This document shows, piece by piece, positions 35,320 through 45,825 of a stretch of DNA of 64,000 bases. The stretch is from the sequence record MZ475892.1, one strand, 5' to 3'. Position 1 is the stretch's first letter. The number at the start of each line of letters is the position of its first letter. The notes beneath the pieces were generated by a model. It saw only the letters and a list, made by a program, of their open reading frames with translations, was not told the origin of the DNA and ran no database searches. The translations under genes and the position numbers were made by a program.

Positions 35320-38085
35320 TTACATATAATCCATAGTAATCATGTTCGTCATAGGGTCGTTCATGAATACTGGGATACCGTCTAATGAATGTGCATTGCC
35401 TGGGCGACCTTGAGCTGGAACAGGACCTTGCTGAGGAGTAGCAGCACCTGTAACTTTAGCCGTATCTGTCGGAGCAGGAGGCGGCGCTACAGGCTCAGGC
35501 ACTTCGGTGCGAGCAACATCCCCTACAGACACTAGAGGCTGGTGATCGACTTCTGGCTGAGGTTGCTGTTTAGGCTCAATGCGTGATACTTGGTCCTGTA
35601 CTTCTTTAGGCTGTAGCCCACCAGCTTGCTCATCGTTGACACGCTTACGCGCAGCAGGCAGCTCTTTGCCTTGACCAGAAGCAACAAGATCTTGCATCTT
35701 ACGGTCGTAGTCTGCTTGAGACTGCTTAGGCGTGACAGCACCCTTACCAGTCAAGTCTGGGACGTTTTTGTTTGCGTCCACTTGCGTGTTCGCATAGTCC
35801 TCAGGCTTGCCCGTGCCTTTCTGCAACTCAGGGAACTTCTCGGCAATGCGACGATCTTCATCGGACATCTCTGTCAGCTTAGGCATCTTTACAGACTTAT
35901 TTAGGTCTGCCTCAGATACTTTGAGTAACACGTCCTTTTCGTTTTGAGCACGGTTCGCTACTGATTGTTGCGTCTGTGCTGAACTCGATTTGAAGTAACG
36001 ATCGGTTGTCGCAGCTTTGTAGTCCTGAATGGTCTTAATCATATCCGCATCGGACATGGAGTTAACGTCTTTGCCTTTGAGAGCATTGGCGATAACGCTA
36101 GTACCAGCACCATACTGAACTGCCGTACTGTACATTAGTTCCTTAACACCAGCACCACGCTTCGTCAAGTCCACACCAACATCGTTCTGCACTTTAGCAG
36201 CAAGCGGTGCGTAGTGAGTACGCGTAATGTAATCGCCCTGTGCTTTATCGAACTCTTCTCCTTGAGTGTTAGCAACGTCCTTATACACGGAGTTGAACTG
36301 TGCAGTACCTGGAGCGAGGCCGCCGAAACGAGCAAGGAAGGGTTTGCCTTCAGGACTGTTCAGGAAGTTAGTCATACTGCCTGTGTTGGTAGCAAGCTGG
36401 TGCTTACCGTAGCTTACACCGCCAGCATCACCTGCGCCCGTAGACACAGTACCAACACCACGACCGCCTGATTCGAATTGCTCTGACACTGAACCAAGAC
36501 CGCCCTCAGCAATAGCCTTGTTAGCGATATCGGTTACTTGCTTGCTATCCATACGACGAGAAGGCTGTGCACGGAACGGGCCTTGATACTGACCAGCGCC
36601 AGAGCCAGGCATACCACCAGCAAGAGCGCCTAAGTTAAACGGTACAACAACAGGTGCAGGAGTCTTAGACTTGTCCAAGTTCTCAAGCGTTGTGTCGTTG
36701 TATTCATCCATCTTCTCTTGGCGATCTTTCTCACCATCAGCAATCATCTTGTCAGAGGTATCGGTAATCTTGTCAGACACGTACTCACCAACAGAGCTAC
36801 CGAAGTAGTCACCTAGGATGCCGCCAATAGTAGCACCGAGAGCAGCGCCAGCAGCAGTTCCCGCTACAGGTACGACAGACCCCAATATGCCACCAATCCA
36901 ACCGCCAGCCACTGCGCCGATAGAGCCACCAGCAGTGCCACCAATGGCCGAGCCAGCAGCCTTCTTTTTAGCTCCAGCTTTCTCAGCATCTGTCATGTCC
37001 TGATCAGCATCGATGTGTTGAACATCGTTTGCGTATGAAAGGCCATTACCTAACGCTGGACCGATTACAGGGATGCGCTTAGAAGCACCCATAAGCAGTG
37101 CGCTGGTTCCCGCAACTGCAACATCCTGAACAGCGGAAGGTGCAGTCGGTGTCTTAGCAGCGATAGTCTGTGCAGCACTATCGTCAGCTTGTGTTGTGTC
37201 TTGTTGTGCAACGGATGGATTAACCGCAGCAGGAACAATGTCAGGCTTACCTGCACCTTCGTTGCTTGCGTTGTCATCAACAGAATCCGTGTCAGTCTTA
37301 TCCTTGAGCCAGTTACCTACACCCAGACCAGCAGCGGCAGTAAGAGCAACAGCAGCAAACGATCCCCACTTACCAAGCTTACCCAAACGAGGGAAGCGCT
37401 CACGTAGAGGTCTGCGACGATTAGGCAGATCACGACCAGGACCACGACGTTCACCACGATTGCGTCCATAGCGGCGGCCACGTCTGCGGCCTCTTCTGCG
37501 ATCTGTGTCATCAAGGTCTATGCCGGGACCGTCATCAGCTGGTGGTGGGCCATCGTCATTAGCAGACTTACCGCCTTCACCATTCTGTTGTCCATACGGG
37601 TCAGACTTGGCTTTGTTCTTAGCGCGGAATGCTTCTGACTTCTCCCACGCTAACCATTCTTCCAGTGCTTTCTGCGTCTTCTGATTGACTAACGTACCGT
37701 CACGAATAGCATCAACGATTTCATCACTGGAGCGCTCGCCTGAGATGAACAGGTCTTCAAGCGCAGACTCAACCTGTTTAGGATTCGGCACGGTAGCACG
37801 CGGCGATGGGTCCTGACTCAGATTGATATTGATTGCACGTTCTTTCTCACGGGCAGCTTTACGCTCACGCACAGCACGGTTCTTAGCACGCGAACCTGGG
37901 CCAACATAATACTCGTCTTCATCATCCACGAGATCATCGTCGTGCATGTTAAACGAGAAGTCAGGACCTTTCTTCCGCGCTTTGCGTCCTTTAGGCATAC
38001 CCGCTACAAAGGAGCCTAAGCCATCAGCGTGCTCGATCATTAGTTCGAGTGCAGACAGCTCTTTCTCTTGAGGCTTAGCCATCAT
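35320..38085 (-). CDS. Tape-measure/hub-like protein with VgrG3-type muramidase domain
   Basis: 921 aa; G/A-rich hydrophobic stretch; LGSVSEQFESGGRG...GD.GGVSYGKHQL lysozyme-like motif. Confidence 0.7.
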   Translation of the reverse strand: MMAKPQEKELSALELMIEHADGLGSFVAGMPKGRKARKKGPDFSFNMHDDDLVDDEDEYYVGPGSRAKNRAVRERKAAREKERAININLSQDPSPRATVPNPKQVESALEDLFISGERSSDEIVDAIRDGTLVNQKTQKALEEWLAWEKSEAFRAKNKAKSDPYGQQNGEGGKSANDDGPPPADDGPGIDLDDTDRRRGRRRGRRYGRNRGERRGPGRDLPNRRRPLRERFPRLGKLGKWGSFAAVALTAAAGLGVGNWLKDKTDTDSVDDNASNEGAGKPDIVPAAVNPSVAQQDTTQADDSAAQTIAAKTPTAPSAVQDVAVAGTSALLMGASKRIPVIGPALGNGLSYANDVQHIDADQDMTDAEKAGAKKKAAGSAIGGTAGGSIGAVAGGWIGGILGSVVPVAGTAAGAALGATIGGILGDYFGSSVGEYVSDKITDTSDKMIADGEKDRQEKMDEYNDTTLENLDKSKTPAPVVVPFNLGALAGGMPGSGAGQYQGPFRAQPSRRMDSKQVTDIANKAIAEGGLGSVSEQFESGGRGVGTVSTGAGDAGGVSYGKHQLATNTGSMTNFLNSPEGKPFLARFGGLAPGTAQFNSVYKDVANTQGEEFDKAQGDYITRTHYAPLAAKVQNDVGVDLTKRGAGVKELMYSTAVQYGAGTSVIANALKGKDVNSMSDADMIKTIQDYKAATTDRYFKSSSAQTQQSVANRAQNEKDVLLKVSEADLNKSVKMPKLTEMSDEDRRIAEKFPELQKGTGKPEDYANTQVDANKNVPDLTGKGAVTPKQSQADYDRKMQDLVASGQGKELPAARKRVNDEQAGGLQPKEVQDQVSRIEPKQQPQPEVDHQPLVSVGDVARTEVPEPVAPPPAPTDTAKVTGAATPQQGPVPAQGRPGNAHSLDGIPVFMNDPMTNMITMDYM

Positions 38086-38921
38086 TTACTCCTATTGCGC
38101 TTCGATTTCTCCAGCGCTCGGGCTTCTTCTGCTTTGTTCTTATCGTGAACGTAAGCACTATGCCAGTAGAGCAGTTTGTTTATATTGATGTTGTCTGGCA
38201 CGTAAATGTTCTTGGCCGAGGCAAGGTCCAACGTCATGTTGTTCATTGACGTATCGGAGTACACACGCAAGTAACCCAAGATATTGATAGGGCTTTTGTG
38301 TTTGTACGTGCGGAAGCAGCGGTTACACTTGTGGGTTGTTTCCAACTCGCAGCTAATGTACTCGTAGCTTCCTGCATTAAGCAGCTCGGCAGGATCCGTG
38401 TACAGGATGGTATCTTCCAGTGACAAGTCGCTGTCCACGTAAAGCGCATTCATTACCTGTGTGCGTTCATACGTCTCTGCCAACAACTCGGCTTCAATCC
38501 AACGCTGCACTGTAGGGTGACGAACACCAGCAGGTACATCATACCACTTGTGCTCGATGATGCGTTGCTTACTCACTTCCTCTGTGTTAAGCATATCACA
38601 AGGCACTTCAACAAACTTGCGGCCACGTGGTCTATCGTAATGACGTTCACCACGCATATCAACAAAGAACGATTGCACACAGCGCCACTCATACAGACGG
38701 TGGGACTGAGGCCAACTGTTTCTGTCGAACATCGCAAGCATATAGCGGAAGTCTTCCAAATACATATCGCGGACACGCACGTTGGTGAAACGTTGCAGCG
38801 TATCGACAAAGAGGTCAGGCAGTTTATACTTCTGCGCGTTGTACAGGCTAGACATAGCATCAGCCGTCACCTGTTGAATACGCACATCGGTCCTGCCTGA
38901 GGGCAGATATATCTCTAACAT
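38082..38921 (-). CDS. Baseplate/tail assembly chaperone (gp26/gp51-like) A
   Basis: Starts LPSG; has CNRC; paralogue of the adjacent gene. Confidence 0.5.
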   Translation of the reverse strand: MLEIYLPSGRTDVRIQQVTADAMSSLYNAQKYKLPDLFVDTLQRFTNVRVRDMYLEDFRYMLAMFDRNSWPQSHRLYEWRCVQSFFVDMRGERHYDRPRGRKFVEVPCDMLNTEEVSKQRIIEHKWYDVPAGVRHPTVQRWIEAELLAETYERTQVMNALYVDSDLSLEDTILYTDPAELLNAGSYEYISCELETTHKCNRCFRTYKHKSPINILGYLRVYSDTSMNNMTLDLASAKNIYVPDNININKLLYWHSAYVHDKNKAEEARALEKSKRNRSK

Positions 38922-39604
38922 TAGCTGATAAAGATCTGAGGTGTCATTTCCCAGCGACGAGTCGAGTGACGGCCACAGGAAGGACAGAGCAGTTCAATAT
39001 CATTTAGCACACCATGACGAGAAGCAAGCACCCACTCAGACAATTCAGTCCACAGCTTGAGGTCTTGTTGATCTTCTAAGCGTGCCATGTTGCGATCAAA
39101 GTTAGGACCAAGATGCGCTACGTGCCAGTTGAAAATATCTTCTGACGCGCGTTCGTAATCGCGCATACGAGGCAGGTCGAAGTGTTCATGCTCAGCAGTC
39201 AGCACCGCGATTGTCATAGACGAATCGTCGATGATACCAACGTTACGGCTGGCGCACGGGAAGGTGTTGATAACGCCTGCGTCCGTACGTAATTCGTTGA
39301 CGATGCCATCAGAATATTCAAACAGAGGTTTCTTACACTGCCAGTATGTGCGCAGCGGCACAACAGGCGACATGAACATGCGTTGCTGGAATACAAGTGC
39401 GTGCGCATCAGGTATTGTCAGCTCATCCAGACTGACGTTCAGGCAAGGAGCCAAAGCATCAAGCAGGATGTAGCGCATATCTTTTGTTTCAACTGCTTTA
39501 GCGATAGCACGGTTCTGTCTGCCGCTAAAGTGTGTCATCTCAAACGACTCAGGCAGACTAGCCTTGTAGCCGCGTGATGGTAAGCTCGCTGTTTGAATTT
39601 CCAT
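38921..39604 (-). CDS. Baseplate/tail assembly chaperone (gp26-like) B
   Basis: Probable start MEIQTASLPSRGY at 39604 (the longer ORF-track start overlaps the tube paralogue); CPSCG near the end. Confidence 0.55.
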   Translation of the reverse strand: MEIQTASLPSRGYKASLPESFEMTHFSGRQNRAIAKAVETKDMRYILLDALAPCLNVSLDELTIPDAHALVFQQRMFMSPVVPLRTYWQCKKPLFEYSDGIVNELRTDAGVINTFPCASRNVGIIDDSSMTIAVLTAEHEHFDLPRMRDYERASEDIFNWHVAHLGPNFDRNMARLEDQQDLKLWTELSEWVLASRHGVLNDIELLCPSCGRHSTRRWEMTPQIFIS

Positions 39605-39611
39605 AATGATC

Positions 39612-40127
39612 TCAACTAAATTCAGGGATTTGGGCATCAAGTTGCATTTGCACTGACCATACACCACGGCCGCCGGTGCCGTTAAGTTGTATGCCTTGCC
39701 CACCCACTGGCCAACAGTTACGAAGCTGCATAGCGGCAACCATTTTTCCTTGGTTGTCGTACAGTTCAATGAACATATTCTTTTTATAGGCGGAAGGTAA
39801 ACGCATACCGCCAGTGTACGGATTCTGAATCAGGTTCTGCCACGCTGTGAAATACTTCATTACAGCAAGACGTTGGTCGATACCGAACATCAGATTGAAT
39901 CCGTCAATGCTGGAACCATGTGGCCAGTTGATTGCTACTGAGGCCACTTCTTTTGATTTAGACTGAAAGACAGAGAACGGCAAATCGACTTCTTCACACG
40001 CAAAAGGACTGAGTGACACACCGCCCATTGTAGGGAACTCACGGATGCGCCACTTGTCCAGCATGAAGGGATCGTCTAAGCCAGGTGCAGATGTGTCTTG
40101 CAGGTCAGCAAGCGTCGGCAGCGGCAT
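39612..40127 (-). CDS. Tail tube paralogue (gp19/gp54-like)
   Basis: YFTAWQNLIQNP...YKK...IELYD...LRNCWP tube signature. Confidence 0.75.
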   Translation of the reverse strand: MPLPTLADLQDTSAPGLDDPFMLDKWRIREFPTMGGVSLSPFACEEVDLPFSVFQSKSKEVASVAINWPHGSSIDGFNLMFGIDQRLAVMKYFTAWQNLIQNPYTGGMRLPSAYKKNMFIELYDNQGKMVAAMQLRNCWPVGGQGIQLNGTGGRGVWSVQMQLDAQIPEFS

Positions 40128-40129
40128 GA

Positions 40130-40807
40130 TCAGTCCTCTACAATAATAAGCACAGGTCTAACAGCATCATCGAACTTGATGAACGCAGCGCCAACAAGAT
40201 AGCCACCCTTCTCTACTTGTTTCACGACAGCCTTTTCAAGATCTGTTTCCCACTTATCGCGCTGTGCGGGTTTGTAAGAAGCAAACGTCTCAGAAGCATC
40301 GTAGTAGTTATAGGTACCACCAGTAGGCATTGGGATACGTGCAAGGAACTCTAAGCGACTACAGTTCTTGAACGGGGTCTTGCGTAGCTCTTGCGTCAGC
40401 TTGGTGTTCTCTGATTTAGAGCCAGGCACAGCGGTGAATACTTTCTTAGGCTGAGGCTCACGAGGAGCAGCAGGCATCTTCTCACGCGCTGGCGTATTCT
40501 TGTCGCTGGCTTTCTTAACACGAATACCAGAAACAGTCCCTGTGAATGGACGACTGCGACCAAGCAACGAACGTGCGGCCGTAGCGTCAACAACAAACAC
40601 AACAGACGGGTCATCACGGTGCAGCACATAGAACTTGTTACGTGCAGCGGCCTTGATACCGAATACGTCTTTGTCCTCAATATCCGCTTCGTGTTCTTTG
40701 TTCTCGATACTGACCTTGCGCTTACCTTCAAAGCGATACCAGTCGCAGTCATTGATAGACACGATAGGTGTTTTGCGTGAAGCACTCTCGCTCAGAAAAA
40801 TAAGCAT
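40130..40807 (-). CDS. Hypothetical protein, probable head-internal protein
   Basis: Starts MLIFLSESAS; carries the shared WxxFxG...DxFG domain. Confidence 0.6.
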   Translation of the reverse strand: MLIFLSESASRKTPIVSINDCDWYRFEGKRKVSIENKEHEADIEDKDVFGIKAAARNKFYVLHRDDPSVVFVVDATAARSLLGRSRPFTGTVSGIRVKKASDKNTPAREKMPAAPREPQPKKVFTAVPGSKSENTKLTQELRKTPFKNCSRLEFLARIPMPTGGTYNYYDASETFASYKPAQRDKWETDLEKAVVKQVEKGGYLVGAAFIKFDDAVRPVLIIVED

Positions 40808-40826
40808 GGTATCTCCAGGAAACGAG

Positions 40827-40850
40827 AAAGGGCCAAAACATCTGGCCCTT
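40827..40850 (-). terminator. Terminator after tail tube
   Basis: - strand AAGGGCCA-GATGTTT-TGGCCCTT-TC. Confidence 0.6.
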
Positions 40851-40855
40851 AGTTA

Positions 40856-41368
40856 TTACGATGCGAGTTCAACGTAGTCGAAGGACCATTCGATTGAGAT
40901 CGGTACAGCCTGTGCAGCACCAGAGAAGCTCAGGTCAGGAACCTGCTTAGGCCACACACCGAACACGTTGTATTCTGCAACCACAGAACCATCCATATCA
41001 AAGATACGGAAGATAGCTTTGGTTGAGTAGTCCGCTTTCTTCGCACCCAACTGAGTCTGCGTAGCACGAACAAGTTCATGCCATGCTTCCAGTTGTTTGT
41101 ACACAGCCATCTCTGAGTTCTCATTGTACTCAGTGGAGATTGTGTGCGAGAAGGTTTTACGACCCGCGTAGTTAAGCTGGTGACCGAACGCTTCTTTCAA
41201 TACTTCTTCCAGCGTTGAACCAGGCTTAACGCCAGTCTTACAGAAGATACGCAGAGTACGCGCATAGTCTGTACCACCAACTGGCGGGTTCGGAATCAGG
41301 AACTCGAAGTTGTCATCGAGTAACGGATCGAGCGTAGACGAAAATTCGTCAAGAGTTACCTTTGGCAT
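40856..41368 (-). CDS. Tail tube protein (T4 gp19-like)
   Basis: YAGRKTF...VYKQLEAWHE...YNVFGVWPKQV...IEWSFDY. Confidence 0.88.
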   Translation of the reverse strand: MPKVTLDEFSSTLDPLLDDNFEFLIPNPPVGGTDYARTLRIFCKTGVKPGSTLEEVLKEAFGHQLNYAGRKTFSHTISTEYNENSEMAVYKQLEAWHELVRATQTQLGAKKADYSTKAIFRIFDMDGSVVAEYNVFGVWPKQVPDLSFSGAAQAVPISIEWSFDYVELAS

Positions 41369-41378
41369 CTAAAGCTCC

Positions 41379-43064
41379 TTAGATTGCGCCAGACTGGATG
41401 AGTTGCAGCGCGTACTGGATATCGCCAACAGGTGGCACGATAGCAGTTACGTGAATGCGTTTAGTATAGCGAGTCGGGTCAAGGAAAATATCGATGATCA
41501 GATCGCCACGCGCTTCGTCTTCTGCGGTGTTGTTGGTATAGTCACAAGTAACTGCATACCAACGCAGGCCACGACCGGTCTTAATCGGTTCGAGGATTGC
41601 TTCCATCGCAGACTTCTGGCGCTGCTTCAGGATGTCATCGTTCGGCTCAAACACGGCGCTAAGGTTGTTAGCACGCGCAGATGCATGAAGCATCGCAAGC
41701 AGACGACGTACACCGATATCCTGAAGAGGAGACTTCGTGGTGTAAGTGGTATCAGCACCCCACATGAAGATGCCTTCACCTTCGAAGATAGCAATCGGGT
41801 TGATTTGGTTCTCAACCAGAATATCGCGATCACCGAGTTTGAAGCGATAGCGCACATCAGTAGCGAAGTCCAGTTTACCACGTTGCAGACCGCCAGGAGC
41901 AAGCCATGAAGCAACTTGGTCAGCAGTCAACATGCAGTAAGCAGAACACACAGACGCAGGCACATAGAAGTCGCGTGCGTTGTCGTTGTCGCGTGCTTTA
42001 ACATCGGAGTTAGCCAGAGAAGACCAAGAACCCGTGATAGAGAACTCAGCGTTCTGGTACTCTTTATTACCACGACGATACGCAACAGCGTTGTCACGAC
42101 CTTGCAGCAGCACAGGAATACCGTGCGTTGCAATACAGTCCATGCGAGACTCTGCCAGGGTGTCAATCTTGTTGGCAATCACTGGATGCTCAAGACCACC
42201 AGAGCACAGGATGCCAGCTTGAATGTCTTCCCAATCGCGGTAGTTATCCCACGCACTGACGACAGCGCTCAGACTCTGGTTCGCTATAGTTGCATCGGAG
42301 TGATCGACGTCAATAACAGCACCATCAGAACCGCCAGTAAACTGACCGTTAACTGCATCAGGGTCCGTAGGATCAGCTGGCCCACCACCGATAGCATTGA
42401 TGACCACATAGTTTGGGTCCTCCAGCAATTTGTAGTGATTGGTATTCAGCTTGACACGGATATATTTGGACGCTGTGTTGATAACGTCTTCAATATAGAA
42501 CTGGTTGCCAGCTTCGTCTTTGTAGTAACGCGTAGTCACCACGTGAGTTTCGAGCGCTGTCAGGTAGCCTGTCTGATACACTTTGATGATGGACTTAATG
42601 CCCAGCGCATCAGTCACGTCAGGTTCAAACGTGATGTACAGGTTGTTCGCCGCTGCATACTGTGACAGAGAATAAATCAGGCAAATATCGCGGGTAGAGA
42701 AAGCGACTTGCTCTGGGTCATCTAATCCAGCATCACCCAGAGGGCGGCAGGTGGCGAAGTTGTTATAAGTTGTGAGGAACACACCTGCGTACTTGACAGA
42801 GAGAGCGACACGCGTAATGTTCAGCTTGGTCGCCTTCGTCATCAGAATCTTAGCGATCTGAACGTTGTTGGCATACTGACCGGTCGCTGGACCAAACAGG
42901 GCATCAATCTCGTCTTTGCTTGTCACAGTTGTGTTAACGCCAACAGGACCTCGTGGGAACGGCAGCACAAGAGTACACATGCCAAAAGTGACAAGTGACG
43001 CTTGGTTACTGCGGTCGTTCTCCATCGAGTAAACCCCAGGAGAGGGGTGATTCGGAATTAACAT
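41379..43064 (-). CDS. Tail sheath protein
   Basis: SPGVYSME N-terminus, FTGGSDG, WLAPGG..RG, INPI, WGADT, IGVRRLL, FEPND. Confidence 0.95.
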   Translation of the reverse strand: MLIPNHPSPGVYSMENDRSNQASLVTFGMCTLVLPFPRGPVGVNTTVTSKDEIDALFGPATGQYANNVQIAKILMTKATKLNITRVALSVKYAGVFLTTYNNFATCRPLGDAGLDDPEQVAFSTRDICLIYSLSQYAAANNLYITFEPDVTDALGIKSIIKVYQTGYLTALETHVVTTRYYKDEAGNQFYIEDVINTASKYIRVKLNTNHYKLLEDPNYVVINAIGGGPADPTDPDAVNGQFTGGSDGAVIDVDHSDATIANQSLSAVVSAWDNYRDWEDIQAGILCSGGLEHPVIANKIDTLAESRMDCIATHGIPVLLQGRDNAVAYRRGNKEYQNAEFSITGSWSSLANSDVKARDNDNARDFYVPASVCSAYCMLTADQVASWLAPGGLQRGKLDFATDVRYRFKLGDRDILVENQINPIAIFEGEGIFMWGADTTYTTKSPLQDIGVRRLLAMLHASARANNLSAVFEPNDDILKQRQKSAMEAILEPIKTGRGLRWYAVTCDYTNNTAEDEARGDLIIDIFLDPTRYTKRIHVTAIVPPVGDIQYALQLIQSGAI

Positions 43065-43106
43065 CGTGAATCTCCATAAGAGAGGGTATCGTGCAACGAC
43101 TGGTGT

Positions 43107-43114
43107 AAATTAGC
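43107..43114 (-). promoter_or_regulatory. GCTAATTT putative late promoter
   Basis: Exact motif 43 nt upstream of the sheath ATG. Confidence 0.6.
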
Positions 43115-43120
43115 GTGTTG

Positions 43121-43465
43121 TCAGTAGCAAATCACATTAACACGCTGATCAACGTCACTTACCAGAACACTTTTATCCATAGAGCCAGTAAGAGTAAACT
43201 GACCTTCGATAATCATCTGGCCACCAGCGAATTGCAGAATAATAGGCTCGGCAGTATCGATATACAACAGACCTACGATAGCAGGCAGTTGATATCCAGT
43301 AGGTCCTACGATAACAGACTGCATCTGATACAGGCCGTCAAGAGGTACGCCCACGGCATGAGACTGACGCTTGAGCACTTCGTTTTGATTAGAAGTAACT
43401 GAACGCACACGGCTGTCAATGACAAGCGTACGGTCGAGCTTACGATACTTTTGGCGCGTATACAT
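43121..43465 (-). CDS. Hypothetical virion protein
   Basis: 114 aa, coupled to the upstream gene (TAATG). Confidence 0.55.
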   Translation of the reverse strand: MYTRQKYRKLDRTLVIDSRVRSVTSNQNEVLKRQSHAVGVPLDGLYQMQSVIVGPTGYQLPAIVGLLYIDTAEPIILQFAGGQMIIEGQFTLTGSMDKSVLVSDVDQRVNVICY

Positions 43466-44136
43466 TACTCTTCCTCTTCGTCGTCAGGCAGCCCCAAGTC
43501 CATATCGATCTCAACGTTCTCGGAGACTTCACCGTAGTTGTTGATTTTCGCTTGTTCGAGGTTAAAGCCAATCTTTGTTTTAATCGAGAACGGGATTTCA
43601 AGTTCAAAGCTGCCAGGCGTTGAGCCTTCATCAAGGTTATCGATAGCAGGCATTGGGATGCTGTCGCCGTCAAGCAACACACGCACAGTCCAGGCGGACG
43701 TAGGCATCTCAATCTTAAAGCTGAGCAGTTCCGTGATAGACGCAATCAACAGTTGCTGCGTGAACAACAGCGCTTGGTCGATATCCATGAACTTGATGAA
43801 GAAGCTACCACTCATCGTTACAGGGAAGTAGTAGTTGGTGACGACAATAGCGTTGGTGTCGTCTTTGCCCATCGCCCAGCCAGAACCAAAGCGAGCAACA
43901 TTCTTAGGGTTGCCCAGCAGTTCGCGGTCGAATGCGATAGTGGACAACTTGAACCAACCGTAAGGATATTCTGTGCTCTGATTGTTATTGGCACGAATAC
44001 CTTGCTTAGGGTTGTTGTGTACAGACCACACAAAGCGCTTTAGACCAAAGCCTCGGCATAGTTGTCGCTGTACTCCGAAAATCGAGGTGCGCAATGAAGT
44101 AGAGTTCTTCATCAGACCTGTAATGTTTACCGTCAT
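43465..44136 (-). CDS. Putative neck/tail-completion protein
   Basis: 223 aa between capsid and sheath genes; function is positional inference. Confidence 0.45.
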   Translation of the reverse strand: MTVNITGLMKNSTSLRTSIFGVQRQLCRGFGLKRFVWSVHNNPKQGIRANNNQSTEYPYGWFKLSTIAFDRELLGNPKNVARFGSGWAMGKDDTNAIVVTNYYFPVTMSGSFFIKFMDIDQALLFTQQLLIASITELLSFKIEMPTSAWTVRVLLDGDSIPMPAIDNLDEGSTPGSFELEIPFSIKTKIGFNLEQAKINNYGEVSENVEIDMDLGLPDDEEEE

Positions 44137-44155
44137 TTGTGGTACCCCAGATACG

Positions 44156-44182
44156 AAAAAGGGCAGCCGAAGCCACCCTTTT
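44156..44182 (-). terminator. Rho-independent terminator
   Basis: - strand AAAGGGTGGC-TTCG-GCTGCCC-TTTTT. Confidence 0.85.
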
Positions 44183-44201
44183 GGTTACCCGTAATCGGGT
44201 G

Positions 44202-44606
44202 CTAGTCGAGACGCAAGCGAATCAGCGAGCTAGACTCAGAATCAACAACGGTAACGTCATCTTCATCGTCCAGGTCTTCTTCGTCTTCAACATCATCCGC
44301 AGAATCATCTTCGGAGGTATTGAGACTAACTACTTCATCGTCATACAACGACTCGGCTCTTTCTTCCTCGGCAGTAAGCGCTAAGGCCGCAGACAGAGCA
44401 GTAACCGAATCAGCCATGCTTGATGCACTACTCACGGAGTTAACGAGGCAATTAGCTTCGAAGTTATCAGTGAGTTCGCATTCAAGGAACTGATCAGCAT
44501 CTGGCGCAACCGCAGCTTGAGTTAACAAGCGAGCTACGTCCAACCACTGTCCGTCACGCGCGGCGACAATTGCCAGTGCAGCTAAGGAACCAGATAAGGT
44601 CTTCAT
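44202..44606 (-). CDS. Small acidic prohead-associated protein
   Basis: 134 aa after the MCP; acidic tail, DSESSS, ends LIRLRLD. Confidence 0.6.
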   Translation of the reverse strand: MKTLSGSLAALAIVAARDGQWLDVARLLTQAAVAPDADQFLECELTDNFEANCLVNSVSSASSMADSVTALSAALALTAEEERAESLYDDEVVSLNTSEDDSADDVEDEEDLDDEDDVTVVDSESSSLIRLRLD

Positions 44607-44661
44607 GTTTGGTCCTCAGTGAAGAGGGCAGCAAAGCGCTACCCTCATTGCAAAGTCAATC

Positions 44662-45762
44662 CTAGCCTCGCACTGCCTTCGCCACAGAACGCACGTTCGC
44701 CAGAGTGAAGGAGAAGGTGCTTGACAGCAACCAGCCGCGGTCAGTGTTACCCTGGTTAGCACCAGAGGTAGGAGTAGACTGCGTACCGCCACGGGTAGTA
44801 TATACCGCATGGTAGTCCTGGTCAGCCAGAACATACAACTCGCCCTGTTTCAGAACGATGTGCTCTGGAGCACGCATACCATCAGTCACCAGCTCCATAC
44901 CCAGCAGGGTACCCAGACGACCGGTGATCAGCAAATCATACTTAGACACTGGGTCCAGAGCAGAAGAGAACTGATCGTTACCGATAATGTCGTTCCAGTA
45001 GTCCCACGCCATCACGGCGGTAGAGGTCGGCAGCGGCCATGAAGCAACGCTGTTTTTCAGGGTAGACAGCAGACGCGGAGTCAGGTCACCGTGAACGTAG
45101 GTGATCGGGTTAGCGATACCAACAGCTTCGTCACACGCTTGTTTCCACAGACGGTCTTCTGCAACCATGATAGAAGACAGGCCATCTTGCTGCGCACGGT
45201 CCAGCAGGTCGCCGTTGATCTGGTCCAGATCCATTTTGCTTACGCGGATGTTGGATTTCAGTTCGAACTCAGCCGGCTGGTAGGTACGGCCGCGGAACTG
45301 GCGGTAACCGAAATCGGTAGGACCAGTTGCGATGATTGCTTCTGCCTGGTGAATTTTCAGTTCGATACGAGCAATGTCGCCCTGACGAACGGTAGCACCC
45401 TTACAGACTTTACGCAGCAGACCAGCACGCTCAGCACGGTCTTCGATAGATGCAACGATAGAAGCACCAAGCGAGTCCCACTTAGCGCCAGAGGTATCAG
45501 CAGCAGCTTCGGCAAACAGTTCAATCTTCTCAGCTTCTGACAGACCGTTAGAAGCGTTAGACTGTGAATGAACCAGCTCACCATTTTGGAACGCGTTAGC
45601 CAGACGGCTGATCTGAGAGATCAGGTCTTTCTGGCTTGATGCGTTAATCTCACCAGTGCTTTGGCTCAGAGCTAATTCATTGCTCTTGCCGAAACGCAGG
45701 TCTTCAATCGGGGCGCCATTACGCAGAGTTACTTTCGCGCCGCGCATTAAGGAATTAGTCAT
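44662..45762 (-). CDS. Major capsid protein (HK97 fold)
   Basis: 366 aa, strongly biased codon use; follows protease/scaffold/decoration; DLLDRAQQDGLSSIMVAEDRLW spine-helix-like motif. Confidence 0.85.
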   Translation of the reverse strand: MTNSLMRGAKVTLRNGAPIEDLRFGKSNELALSQSTGEINASSQKDLISQISRLANAFQNGELVHSQSNASNGLSEAEKIELFAEAAADTSGAKWDSLGASIVASIEDRAERAGLLRKVCKGATVRQGDIARIELKIHQAEAIIATGPTDFGYRQFRGRTYQPAEFELKSNIRVSKMDLDQINGDLLDRAQQDGLSSIMVAEDRLWKQACDEAVGIANPITYVHGDLTPRLLSTLKNSVASWPLPTSTAVMAWDYWNDIIGNDQFSSALDPVSKYDLLITGRLGTLLGMELVTDGMRAPEHIVLKQGELYVLADQDYHAVYTTRGGTQSTPTSGANQGNTDRGWLLSSTFSFTLANVRSVAKAVRG

Positions 45763-45825
45763 TGCTTTGCTCCTGAGATTTTAATCTCGTAGTTTCAGTT
45801 TCTAACAGTTACGGTGCGCGACGAA

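Noticed and set aside
38082-39604. Programmed -1 frameshift between the two chaperone genes
   Set aside because: No XXXYYYZ slippery site was seen near the first stop; the genes are simply TAATG-coupled.
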